Positions 1 to 15,668 of a DNA stretch of 64,000 nt are shown one piece after another (the stretch's first letter is position 1; the number at the start of each line of letters is the position of its first letter). Source of the DNA: the human T2T-CHM13v2.0 reference genome, Homo sapiens; the NCBI RefSeq assembly GCF_009914755.1, contig NC_060934.1. The stretch is one strand, 5' to 3'. The notes below the pieces were generated by a model. That model worked only from the letters and a program-made list of their open reading frames with translations, had not been told where the DNA came from and ran no database searches. Made by a program: the position numbers and the translations under genes.

Positions 1-168
1 CTGGGATTATAGGCACCCGTCACCATGCCCAGCTAATTTTTGTATTATTAGTAGAAATGGGGGTTTCACCAACTTGGCCAAGCTGGTCTTGAACTCCTGA
101 CGTCATGATTCACCCACCTTGGCCTCCCAAAGTGCTGAGATTACAGGTGTGAGCCACCGCACCAGGCC
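1..168 (-). mobile_element. AluS, cut by the window edge
   Basis: Antisense Alu left arm ending ...gagccaccgcaccaggcc. Confidence 0.95.
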
Positions 169-169
169 T

Positions 170-2450
170 TGTTCTTTTATTTAATGTTTTTAAGGTTCGT
201 CCATATTACTGTTTGTATCACTGGTTCATTATTTTATATTGATAAGTACTACTGCATTGTGTAAATACATCATGATTTATCCATTTACCTATTCATGGAC
301 ATTTGGATTGTTTCCATTTGGGGGTTCCTATAAATGGTACAGCTATGATCAGTTATGCGTATGTCTCATAGTACTCATCTGCATGCATTTTGGTTGGGAA
401 TATATCTAGGCATGGAATTGCTATGTCATAAGGTACTGTTTAGTGCTGTTTGTGTTTAATCTTTTAATCTGGATGTGACTGTATTAAGTAACTCACAGGT
501 AGATTCTATTGTTTTACCCCATCTGTTAGTCTTTGCCTTTTAATCGGAACATTTGGTAAATTTACATTTAATATAGTTATTAATAGATTTTAAATCTAAA
601 TCTACTATCTTACTATTTACTTTGTTCTGCTCACTCTATATTCTTTTGTTCTCTTTTCTTGCCTTATTTTATACTGGTATTTTTATTATTTCATTGTTTC
701 CTCTATTAGCTTTATAATTTCATACTTTTTTACCAGTCTTTTAAAGATGCAAATTTACTTCATCTTAAATTCTACTATAAATCAACATTTCATTTCTTTT
801 CAGAAAATTTCAGAGACTTTTGGATACTTTAAGGCCATTTATCCCCTCCCAGCTTATATGCTATTGTTATCATATATGTTAATTCTCAAAAATGTAATTC
901 CATGTTATTATTACTTTAGACAAAAAATATTTATTTACATTTGTTGACATATTTACTCTGTTTTTTGCTCTTCATTCTTTCCTGAATTTCTGAGTTTCCA
1001 TTTGTGGTCTTTTGCCCTCTGCCTGAAGAATGTCCATTAGTCTTTGTTGGGGTTTACTGATGATGAATTCCTTTGGTTTTGGTTTGTCTGAAAATGGCTT
1101 CATTTCACTTGCATCCTTGGAGAACAGTTTTGCTGTGTATAAAATTTGGGATTGACAATTTTTATTGATTGATTTTACTTTGAAGTTATCATTTTATTGC
1201 CTTCTGGTTTCTATTTTGTTGTTGTTGTTGTTGTTGTTAAGATGTCAACTGTCAGTCTAACGGTGACCTTGAAGGTAATTCTTTAAAAACTGCCTGCTTT
1301 TAATATTTCCCTTTGCCCTTGACTTTTCATGATTTTAATACAATGTGCTTAGTTGTGATTTTCTTATTTATTCTTCTTGAGGTATAGAACTTCTTGTATC
1401 TGTGGGATAATACTATCTTTCATAGTTTTTAAAAAATTCTCAACTATTATTTCTTCAAATATTGTTTCTGTCTCATTATATCTCTGATCTTTTGAGAATC
1501 CAACTGAGATAGTAGACAACCTCATAGTATAGCTCATATTTTGACTTTTATATTTTTCATTTATGTGTTTTATCTCAATATTTTCTTCTGATTTATCTTT
1601 ATAATTCTGACTAATGTGCTGCTCAATCAGTCCATCAAGTTCTAAATTTTAGTTTGCATATCCTAAATAGAATTTCCACAGGCTGTTTTATTTTTACAGT
1701 TTCCAATTTTCTGCCAAAATTCTAAACATTGTTTTTTATTTCACGAACATTTTCAGAGTTATTTTAAAGATATGTCTGTTACTGTGTCTATTGTGTGCAC
1801 TCTGGGGTGGGGTATGTTTGTATTTTCTCTTGTTTCTCTTGAGTTTTGTTCACATTATCTTGTGAACATTTAAAAAATTAAATATTAGATCCCAGGTATG
1901 AAAAAAATATATGACAAATTTAAGCCTAGAATGATGCCACCTTCTTCCAGATGGAGTTTAACACTTACTTCTGGCAAGTTGCCATGAACACTAATACTAT
2001 GCAACCACTTTAGTCAATTGTCAAGGATTGAGTTGGTTTGAATGTGGGCTTTACTTGCTGGAAGGGCCCATCTATTTCCCATTCATCTTTTGTCCTAGAC
2101 CATAGACCAAGTGTGAGGTATTTATCACTGAATCCTTTCAAGACCCTGGATTACAATTTTTCTCCCTCTAGTGCCACAAGCCCTTCCCACCCCCATCTCC
2201 AAGTACTTTATTTCAGTAGAAGTATAGAGGCTTCTTACAGATAAAAATAACTCCAAGTATTGGCTCCTAACTCTGAATTTCCTCCTTCCTTTGGACACTG
2301 GCCTTACAATTTCTGTAGTGACTGATAAATAAATGCTCTTGTGTCTCTAAGAACATTGAAGAAATACTTTGTAAGTATTTTCTAGTTGTTCACAGCAAGA
2401 GTGTTAGTCTGAAATATCTAGTTTGACATTACCAAAAGCTAAAGACTTTG
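170..2450 (-). mobile_element. Old L1M/L1ME-type fragments
   Basis: T-rich antisense L1 text (catttggattgtttcca, tatctaggcatggaattgct, tttgtctgaaaatggcttcatttcac). Boundaries approximate. Confidence 0.6.
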
Positions 2451-2593
2451 AGTTGGAAAAACATGAGTGAATTATTGTGCTTCCATTAGAAATGTAAAAT
2501 CCTAATGTGAGACTTGGTTTAACAAAAATAATTTCGTTTTAAATGTTTTGAATTTGATGTAACATTTATACACCCATGTGGCATTGTTCCATG

Positions 2594-2829
2594 CAGATTA
2601 AGTATTCCTTATCTAAAATGCTTGGGACCAGAAGTGTCTTGGATTTTAAATTTTTTCAGATTTTGGAATATTTGCATTATACTTATTGATTGAACAACCC
2701 AAATCTGAAAATCTGAAATCTGGAAGGCTCCAAAAGAAAAGATATTTTGAACACCAGCACAACACTTACAGGAAATAGTCATTGGAGCATTTTAGATTTC
2801 AGATTTTCAGATTTGGGATGCTCAACCTG
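2594..2829. mobile_element. Tigger4 (MER46/Zombi) MITE
   Basis: Terminal inverted repeats cagattaagtattcc...gggatgctcaacctg followed by TA. Internal aaatgcttgggaccagaagtg. Confidence 0.85.
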
Positions 2830-3189
2830 TAGTTGATTTGAAATACAGGACAGAATCTCAATAAATAAGTCAAGTGACTCTTGCATTAGATTTTACATGT
2901 GGAGAAACATATTTACCAAAGCAATTATTTCTTGTGAAAGGTCCAAAGTGAGGAAAGAATGAGTGACCCTTTTATACTAAGGGGTTGATAATGTTTATCA
3001 GTCATGAGCTTGGTGTTTTATTTTATCCTTTATAGACATCATATCATTTAATATGTTTTAAAGTATTCTCATTTTAAAAATGATAAGCCCTTGGCTTGAT
3101 GGAGTTAAGCAACTTGCAGGAAGTTCCATGTCTGCTAAGCAGCAACACCTAAGGTAAATCACAGAATGTCTATGTTTTTGATTATTCTA

Positions 3190-4685
<1,496 letters not shown>

Positions 4686-4725
4686 AAAATGCTAAATTAT
4701 GTAGTTGTTACATCTAACAGATATC

Positions 4726-4986
<261 letters not shown>

Positions 4987-5109
4987 GATAACTTACCTTT
5001 TATATTGTTTCTCTGAATATTCCAAAGAGAATACTTATTGCTTTATCTTGGGAACAAAGTTGCATTTTGTTTTTGTTTTTGTTTTTTTCTCATTGAATAG
5101 GTCCTATCC

Positions 5110-5415
5110 TTTTTTTTTTTTTTTTTCTTTCTCCAAGACAGAGTCTCATTTTGTCACACAGGCTGGAGTGTAGTAGCATGATTATGGCTCACTGAAGCCT
5201 CAAACTCCTGAGCTCAAGTGAACCTCCCACCTCAGTCTCCTGAGTGGCTGGGACTACAGGCATGCACCACCATTCCAGGCTAATTTTAACGTTTTTTGTA
5301 GAGACAGGGTCTCGTGATGTTGCCCAGGCTAGCCTTAAAGTCCTGGGTTCAAGCAATCCTCCCAGCTTGGCTTCCCAAAGTGCTGGGATTACAGGCTTGA
5401 ACCATCATGCCTGGC
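5110..5415 (-). mobile_element. AluJ
   Basis: Antisense Alu with J-type ctcctgagctcaag and cctcccacctcag. Confidence 0.92.
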
Positions 5416-6304
5416 TTGCATTCTTGTAGTCAATATTCTGCCACATGTTGGCAGAAGCCTGGGAATAAACGGAGGCTTGGGGAAGGGCAGGACCTTCTGA
5501 AAATGTAGTGTGTTTATCTGTGTCAATGAGGAAGTCCTGTAGCCATCTTTTAAGATGGACATGCAGTCCCCACATATAAAACCTCTCCACGGTTGTATCT
5601 CTCTCCTCCTTAGTAGTCAGTCTCTTTCTCCTTTTGTAGAGAATCTCTGAAAATCCCCGAAAACAATATTTGCTTTTAGATGTTTTGGATTAAATCCTCT
5701 ATTGTCTTTTTCCTTTGAATCCTCTCTCTCTCTTTTCCCATACAGAAACCCCCAGATTTTTCACTTTAAGACTATGTTACTGAACCAGATGATCCATCTT
5801 TATCCTTTGCTTCTCAGGCAACAAAAAAAAAGAAAAAGAAAAGAAAAAAAACAAAAGCCTGCCCACGCTGGGAGATTTAACAAACACTACTACCTCTTCT
5901 CTTCCAGATCTTGTCAGCTGCACTATTCCAATCACACTCAAAGCCGATCCACAACTCCCAACCCCATTCCTGCTGGATTTGAGTGCTGGCCTTCCACCAA
6001 GAACTTGCTGCAGCTGCGCCTGCCCTCTGAGTTCCTTAACCCTTTCCTCTTCTTTACTCTCATTTTGAGAGTTAGAGATGGAGGAAAGGAGGTTGATTCA
6101 TTCTCCCCACAACTATTAGCCATTATTATACAGCAGCCACGCTGTGCCAGGCACTGAAGTTCTGGCAGTGAAGTAGGCAAGCCAAGTCCCCATCCATAGA
6201 GAGGTCACATTCTAATGGATGGGTAATAATCAGGGAGCACTTACCATTTTTGTTTTTTGTTCATTCATTTATTTTTTTTGTTGTCGTTGTTTGCATGTTT
6301 GTAT

Positions 6305-6567
<263 letters not shown>

Positions 6568-6683
6568 TATTTTACAATAATGCCTGTATTATTAAATGCA
6601 GTCCTTATGTTATAGGCACTGTTGTTATTCTCATTTACTGAGACACAGAGATGTTTACTGACTCACACAACGTCACGCAATCA

Positions 6684-7267
<584 letters not shown>

Positions 7268-7477
7268 GCCAAGGACTTGGATCCCAGAACACTAGGATTC
7301 CTAATCACTATCATACTGATAAAATTGTTATTTTAGGGTTGATAAATACTATCCCATTTCTGTCTTTCTCTTTCCACTTAAAACATTGTATTATGCTTAA
7401 AATATATACCTGTAGTGTTCCCTTATTAAAATTCTAAAAGAAAAAGCAGATTTCTTTTTTATTTGTTTAAGGAAAAT

Positions 7478-8042
7478 GGTGCAGTAGGCATTCACTAGCT
7501 GCTTCTGTAGCGTCGATCATCTCTCTTTCTCATTTCTATGGTGAAGTTCTCCTTCCCCTCTTTTCTTCTTGCCCTTTTACAGAGCATCCAGGTGGGATGA
7601 ACCCACCATCAATTCTATGGGTGGGCTCTGATTGGCATAAGCCAAACAACATGTCCTATTACTTTGGCCACAATGATTGGTTGGGCTAAGGTTGGTGCTT
7701 CAGGCATGAACCAATCAGTGCCTGGCATTCAAATCACCACCATGACTGGTTCAGACTCAAATAGCAACTGGAGATGGTAAGAGGTGAGGCTCCCTCTCCT
7801 CCTGGTTGGGAAAGAGGAAGTACATAACCCCAATAGCTGCCCGCAGCTATCAGGAGGCGCGTGGAACGTGACAGCAGTATGGGTAAGTGGAGCCAGCGTT
7901 GTCACCAAACCACACCTAATTTCTGCCTCTCTTCTGGACTCTTCAGTTATGTGAGTCATAAATACTCTTTATTATATTTGTATAAGTCATTTTGAATTGG
8001 AGTTTGTTATACTTTCACTCCAAAGTGTGTTATCTGATTACA
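7478..8042 (+). mobile_element. LTR16-type ERVL solo LTR
   Basis: Contains tgattgg...ggccacaatgattgg...ccaatcag and ctggactcttcagttatgtgagtcataaat. Confidence 0.6.
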
Positions 8043-8946
8043 AATAATTTCTTGTATTTTAGGCATGTACATCCTAAATATTGAAGTAGGTTTAAAAAAA
8101 CAAACTCACAAGAAACTTTAAAAAATCTAAATTATCCAGAGGGCTTCAAATATCCAGAGAACATTTGCAAACAAATTTGGATCTCTGACTTATGTGCAAA
8201 ATAATAATATAATAAAATAATAAAGTAAAATAAAATACCCATAGCCCGGGTGATTTGTTTGCTTCACATCTGAAGACAATCAAGATTGTGAGTTGGTAGT
8301 TTGGAGCCAGATGTAACAGATGCTCAATTGGCCCACAGCGTGCTGGTTTCAGATTGTCGTGTACAGTTGTCTTGGATTTTGTTGCTAAAAACACTGCTGT
8401 TTTTGCCAAACAATACTGTTTTGGGAGTTTGCCACCACAAACAGAGAGTTTGCTGTGATGAAGATTTGTTCTTTTTGTGGGACCGCAGAATACCATTAGA
8501 TTATAATAATGTGAGAGGGAAGACATCAGCCTGCCTGTGTTCAGTATATCACATGCTACTAACTAGATTTAAAAGCACAGTTTTATTCTCAATAGCTAGC
8601 AACCAAGAGTGAAGATAATAGTGATGTGATTGGGCTTTTAAAATGCATGGGAAGTTGTATTCTCTTGGAGTCTGTATGCGTCCAAGGACATTCCTTCCAT
8701 AGCCAATTTAATGTTCTGTGGGATCTTAGCCTATGCCGGAGAGAAGGCCAAAGCTAATCGAGAATCGTTGGGATGTAGCACAACAAAGCACAGCTTTTAC
8801 CCAGCTGGGGAGACAGGGTCTGCCGAGGAGTTAGCTCTCTAAGGAAGACATCCCATTATGTTTTCAGCTTCTTTATTCGCTTTGTTGGCCCAAACCTGGC
8901 AGCTTTCCGCTCTGTTCCTAGAACAAAATATTAAGGAAATAGATGT

Positions 8947-9165
8947 CACTTTGGGAGACCAAGGCGGGCAGATCACCTGAGGTCACGAGCTCGAGACCAG
9001 CCTGACCAACATGGTGAAACTCCGTCTCTACTAAAAATACAAAATAATAATAATAATAATTAGCTGGGCATGGTGGCAGGCGTCTATAGTCTGAGCCGAG
9101 ATTGTGCCACTGCACTCCAACCTGGGCAACACAGCGAGACTCCGTCAAAAAAAAAAACTAAAAAT
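8947..9165 (+). mobile_element. AluS, 5'-truncated with an internal right-arm deletion
   Basis: Jumps from ...ctatagtc straight to tgagccgagat. (AAT)n in the linker. Confidence 0.9.
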
Positions 9166-10098
9166 AAGTTGGCCTGAGAGTGGTAAAAATAAATAAAAAA
9201 CAGAAATGGATAGAAGTTTTTTTTTCCATTTTTATTTCTTTTAACATTAACTACTGTATCTGACATTTGGGACATGGATAGACATAAATCATACATTTAT
9301 TCCGTTAGGAATAAAATACATCTGGAACTCTATTAAAACTAATGAGGATGAAACTCACATTGACTGTGAGTATAAAAGCATCATAGGCAAGCACAGCCCA
9401 GGCTCTAGAGAGACTGTGCTCCCGAAGTCAGCTTTTATGGGTTGTATGGAACTTGGAGCACATCTCCTGATGTGAACAAGCACGGATGGTCACAAAGTCA
9501 GCCTGCTTGTTCAGAATGGTTTCAGTAGCAAAACAGTAAAACCCAAAGCCCAAACAGTGCATCAAGGTTGCTTCTGGGGGGAAATGGTTTGGACTTCACA
9601 CTTGCTTGCTGTTCGTCCCGGCTGCACTGAGCTTGGGAGTTCCTTGGCAGTTCCCCAGGAGCTTACTTAGAGCAGTGTTGGGGAGGCTGTTGATGAGTGG
9701 AAACAGACAAGGATTCAGGTGTGGAGGGAACTAGCACCAAGGGGGATGGGAGTGTGAGCCAGTCAGGGGATGAGAAAGTCTGTGGCTCCTAACAGCATAC
9801 GTTGTAAGGTCTCCGCTTGTGACTCATCTCCCTTTTAAAGATTCTTACCTTCAAGGGCAACATCAAAGAGGCAGACCTTGCCTCAGGTCGCTTCGTTGGC
9901 AAAGGAAGTGATGGAGTATGTATTCAACTCAAAGAATTGCAAAGGATGTCCAATGAATGTGAGCTTGGACTCTTTTGACAAAGTGAGCTTTAGAATTCTG
10001 ATTCTGGGGACGACCACAGAGTTTTGTGTAGTGGAATAATCCCACTTCTTATCAAAATATGAGCAGAATGTTTTATTTTTTATACATCTTAAGTTCCT

Positions 10099-10387
<289 letters not shown>

Positions 10388-10894
10388 CCTAAATTCAATT
10401 TCTATTTTACGAAGTACACCTTAATTTTTTTTATGAAAATCATAAGTACACTTCTGTATAATTTGAGCATGTCAGCAAAACACATTTAGAATGAAATCAA
10501 TTATATAAACATTTTTTTCTTGAGAGAGAGTACCTACCTTTTGATTAGCTCTTCAAAATGTTGATATCCCCAGAAAAGCCAAGATTCACTGTTCTACAAA
10601 GACTGAGAGTATAGGTGCATTTATAGTTAGAGAGTGATGGATGGTTTTTCAGAAGAGCCAGAGATTTTTCAGCAGCATCCATAATGATGATTTTGGGACA
10701 TACTCATTTGAAAGTACTAATGTCTCAATTTGTTTTAAGATGACAAAAGCAAAATTTAAATATGATACTTGTGAGGTTTCAATTGCATGATCTTGCAGTT
10801 TATTAAGGGGAATGTGGTTATAAATACATAATTATATTATAGGTATTAAAAGGTATATGAACATGTAAGTTATCAGAGCTGATAATAATTCCTG

Positions 10895-11211
<317 letters not shown>

Positions 11212-12087
11212 TGATTATTAAATGATTGTTTCTTGCTATGAGACTATGTCCAAGTGTTGTTAATGAAAAAGTATGGTGTGTGAGCTCTTTGAGACTGGGA
11301 GCTCTACCTTCCTTGTTCTTTGAATTTCCCTAAAGACCTACTGTCTTGGCCTCCATTTTTTTTTATATCTGCCATAATCTATTCCATAGTCAGGTAGCAT
11401 AAGTGCTTACTGTGGGTCTGGTTCTCTTGCTTGCTTTTTTGTCTTCTTCCTGCCTCCACATAATCATTATCTTACTGACTCTCGTCAGGTGTTTTTCCCT
11501 TTGTCAATATCCTCTGCTACTCCTCTAAATTCTCCTCTGATTTTTTTTTCTGATATTCTGTTGTAATCTTTGCTCAGTTAACCAGCTCTGCCTTGTCAAA
11601 GGCCTCCTTAAATTCCCCCACGCTCCAATGTCTTTGCTTGGCGAGAAAGACCAAGAGCATGAGCATTCAACAAGGATCCCCTGAACATGCTGTGGTTGGT
11701 GTCAGGCAATATGCTGGGTGCTGGGAATGAGACGCACAGTCTCTACCCTCCAGGAGTTAAAATCCAAGCAGGTTAAACAGTCTGGCAGGATCTCCCAGGA
11801 CCTTCTGTCACTTAGCAAGGAAGGAAAAGGGCTGTTGAAAATGAATAGTTTGGGTGCCACTCATTCTGCTGTATTTATCCCGTGATGTCCCTGGCGTTTG
11901 CATGGGTGCTAAATAAGCTGTTTCTCAGTCTTGTGTTACAGAAGAAGAACAAAACTACACAGTTGGTGACCATTTTACAAATAAATTCATTTTTAAAAGT
12001 CAGTCATCCTGAGAATATTCCAATTTCCCCCACCACTCCAAAAAAGCCCCAATCCTTTCCAACCACTTGAGGATGCATTAATCCTTT

Positions 12088-12613
12088 TTTTTTTTCATTT
12101 TTTTACTGTATTTTTAAAATTTTTAACTTTTATATTTAGTTCAGGGGTACAGGTGCATGTTCGTTACATAGGTAACCTTGTGTCATGGGGATTTGTCATA
12201 CATATTATTTCACCACCGAGGCATTAAGCCTAGTACCTGTTAGTTTTTTTTTATCCTCTCCCTCCCATCCTCCAACAGGCCCCAGCATGTGTTCCCCTCT
12301 GTGTCCACGTGTTCTCATCATTTAGTTCCCACTTATTAGTGAGAACATGTATTTGTTTCTCTGTTCCTGCTTTAGTTTGCTAAGGATAACAGCTCTGCAA
12401 AAGACATGATCTCATTGCTTTTTATGGCTACATAGTATTCCATAATGTCTATCCTAAGTGCCCCATTTTCTTTATCCAGTCTGTCATTGACGGGTATTTA
12501 GGTGGATTCCACGTCTTTGCTATTGTGAATAGCACTGCAATGAACATATGCATGCATGTGTCTTTATAATGGAATGATTTCTGTTCCTTTGGGTATATAC
12601 CCAGTAATGGGTT
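12088..12613 (-). mobile_element. Older L1PA 3' end, 5'-truncated
   Basis: L1PA 3' UTR and ORF2 end in antisense. TSD atgcattaatccttt (12073-12087) / atgcatcaatacttt (12614-12628). Confidence 0.9.
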
Positions 12614-13865
12614 ATGCATCAATACTTTGAGGAAGATTGCTTTGGACTTTATTTAATCCATCAGTCAGTCAACAAATGCTTACTGAGCACAGGTTGTTAG
12701 GTGCCAGGCACTGAGGACACAGCAGAGCCCAGGACAGATCCCGTGCCCTGAAGAATTTCCGGGTGTACAGTACATCACTGTGCCGTGATGTACTGTGGAG
12801 ACAGCAGATGGGGGATCTATTCCATCACTACCTGCCTCATTTCTTTTATGCCTGGTCTAATTTCCTTCAAGTCAGATAAGTACTATAAATAGCTGGTTTG
12901 GTTTGCTCAGCAGAACCAAACTTGAGCTCCTGATTTCAAAGCCCCTGGGATGTGGTGAGGTCCCTTCAAGTGGCTCCCTCAGTTGCCGGACAATGACCTG
13001 TCTGCGGTTGCTGCTGATTTCACTGACTGTGTGGGATCACTTTTCAATAGACAGCTGTAACCTTAACCACACCGCATTGAGTCACAACAATATCTTTTTT
13101 GCCAAATTCTTCAAGAGGGGCTGTCTCCCACTCATGTGTACTCCTGTGAAACTCATAAAGGTGGATATGATTCATCATATTGCTAAGGCTTTTTCCAGAA
13201 ATATCTGCATTCAATTTCTGTGAAAACAAAGGAAGCAAGCTTTCTCCTTCAAAAACATGGGATACAGGATTCAAAGCACTTAAAGGCAAACATCCCATCA
13301 GAATGAGGTTTTAACCATGTGAGATTCCATACTTCCCTTCACCCTATACAATCTCTACTTTGCTCCAATGCTTTGAGATCTGACACATGTTCCTCTATTC
13401 TCATTCAGGCCCCTAGACTAACATACCCTGGAGATGACAAAGGCTTTCTACAAATGACACTATTGGTCTTTCCAGTTCTTACCAACACAAGGAATGAATA
13501 CCATTCTGGCCAGAGTAGTGCTCCTATAGATTGGGGGCCCATCTGCACTCAGTTCTTTTAGCCATCCCTCTGGAGCCCAGATGAAGGATGACACACCTGT
13601 TGCTGAGTCCCAGTGCCTGTTGGTTACTCTCCAGTGCTTGGAGTGGTATTCTGGGCTGACGAGGGCACCCACTCAGTGCCAAGACTGATTGTTTGGTCAA
13701 CAGATGTCTGGGCCACCAAGATATCCTCACAGGGAGTCCTTTGGTCCCAAAACTTTGTGATGTTGTAGCTCTGGATAGCAGATAGATTGCTTAGGTGTGG
13801 CGACCCTGCCTTGAAATAAGAAGGCAGTCATGGGAAGTGGAGAGTGCAGAGGAGAGGATGGGGAG

Positions 13866-14282
13866 TGTGTTAGGCAATTGTTACATTGTTATAAAGAAAT
13901 ACCTGAGGCTGGGTAATTGATAAGGGAGGTTTATTTGGGTCATGGTTCTTCAGGGTGTACAGGAGGCAAGGTGTTGGCATCTGCTTCTGGTGAGGGCCTC
14001 AGGAACCTTCCAATCATGGTGGAAGGTGACAGGGAGCAGGTACATCACATGGTGAGAACGGAAGCAAGAGAAAGAGAAGGAGAGGGCCTCAGACTCTTCT
14101 AAACAAACAGATCTCAGGTGAATTGGGCAAGAACTCACTTACCACTAAGAGGGGATGGTGCCAAGCCATTCATGAGGGATTCACCCCCATGGTCCAATCA
14201 CCTCCCAGCAGGCCCCACCTCCAACAAGGGGAATAATATTTCACCATGTGATTTGGAGGGTACAAACATCTAAACCATGACA
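13866..14282 (-). mobile_element. MSTB-like MaLR solo LTR
   Basis: TG...CA ends, aagaaatacctgaggctgggtaatt, 5-bp TSD gggag. Confidence 0.9.
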
Positions 14283-14442
14283 GGGAGAGAGAGTGGCCCT
14301 AGGTATCAACCAAGGAGGCCACAGCCCAGGTACTTGGCCTGCGTCATGGCACTGCACCCGCTGACCACTGGGCCTATTTAAAACATTAAATGTGATCCAA
14401 AGAGGCTTTTGGTGGCCTTGTATCTGTCATGACATTTCAGCA

Positions 14443-14460
14443 TGCTGCCATCTAGTGGAC
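14443..14460 (-). promoter_or_regulatory. CTCF core motif (GTCCACTAGATGGCAGCA)
   Basis: Matches the CCASYAGRKGGCRS consensus. Occupancy cannot be seen from sequence. Confidence 0.55.
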
Positions 14461-15497
14461 GTGTCTGTGGACTGACTGACTAGTCAGAGGAATTTGGACC
14501 CCTGGATCATCATCTTCTCTATCAAATTGAGCAGTCAACACTGGGAACTTTGAAGTGAAATGTGATCTCCTTACTGGAAATTGTAGTAAAAGAAGGAAGT
14601 GGAGACAACAATGGACTATCTACGATCCAGTCTTCCACCCAAGCTCCCTAGGAAGATACTTTCATGGGTGGGATGTAGGTGGCTGGCACGTGATGTTAAC
14701 AATCCCCTTGTGCTTGGCTTGATTGCTGCTGGAATATCAGTTTTTCCTTGCTTTCCCTATAGGGAAATCTGCTAAAGAAGTTGAGTCTCTTCATCAACAT
14801 GTTCCCTGCTGTGGGTACTATTTCAAAGGGCTCAGTTTTCTCATGGTGTCCACTTCACCTCCTCCTGTCCCTCCACTCCCATTGCGATCAGAGCAGAACC
14901 TCACTTTCACTGGCATCTCTTCTTGTTCAGTTAGAAAGTCTTTATGAGCCAGTGGCCTGTTGATTAAAATCCAGTCAGAAGAGTAGTGATCCAAATCCTA
15001 TTGATCCCACCTCATTTAACTTAGTGAATTAAATACTTAGGAATACAGGGTGTATCTGGCTAGGTCAAGGTGACCAGAACAAGGTTATCTATGATTGATT
15101 ATATATTTTAAAATATTATCAATATCTAAGCTTAAACATATTCACTGTGACTCAATTCTCTTCCAACATAAATATTAATAATCCAAATAATATTCTTTGT
15201 GAAATAACCTGAATACAGACTAACATTTTTCCTTCTCTCCTGTTGTACCTCCTAAAGTGAAATGATCTTGAACAGAAGTGGAAGTCATTGCCCACTAGTC
15301 CTATGGCGAGGGTACATTTATCTCCCATTAATCTCTGTTTCACAACTGCCACCATGTCTATGAAGTTGGCCTTCTGCCTCCACAGATGTCCTAAGCCTAA
15401 AACACTTCCACAGATGACTTGGCTTCAGCTTCATGGACCACATAATATCAGAAATCAGCCATCATTTTGCCTCTCAATTTTGGAAAGCATTGTTCTA

Positions 15498-15668
15498 CAG
15501 TGAAGGCTTACTTACATCCTTGGCTGTGCCTCAGAATCACTTGAGTTTTAAAAATGTACATGTGCCATAATTTGACACCTGAATATTCTGATTCTGTAGA
15601 CTTAGGATGAGATCAATTGTCTGTAGTCTTAACTCCAGTGATTCGTTGTCAGAACAAACAGCCGACTG
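15498..15668. mobile_element. MER5-type hAT-Charlie MITE splitting the integrase remnant
   Basis: tcagaatcacttgag...ttctgattctgtaga. Integrase motifs resume immediately after it. Confidence 0.65.

Noticed and set aside
13319-13561. PIDWGP motif suggesting a betaretroviral env
   Set aside because: The surrounding frames fit the Gypsy RT-connection/RNase H much better, and there are no other env features.
13044-13730. Minus-strand ORFs that might indicate a processed pseudogene
   Set aside because: No recognisable protein, poly-A or TSD. They are the antisense of the Gypsy pol remnant.
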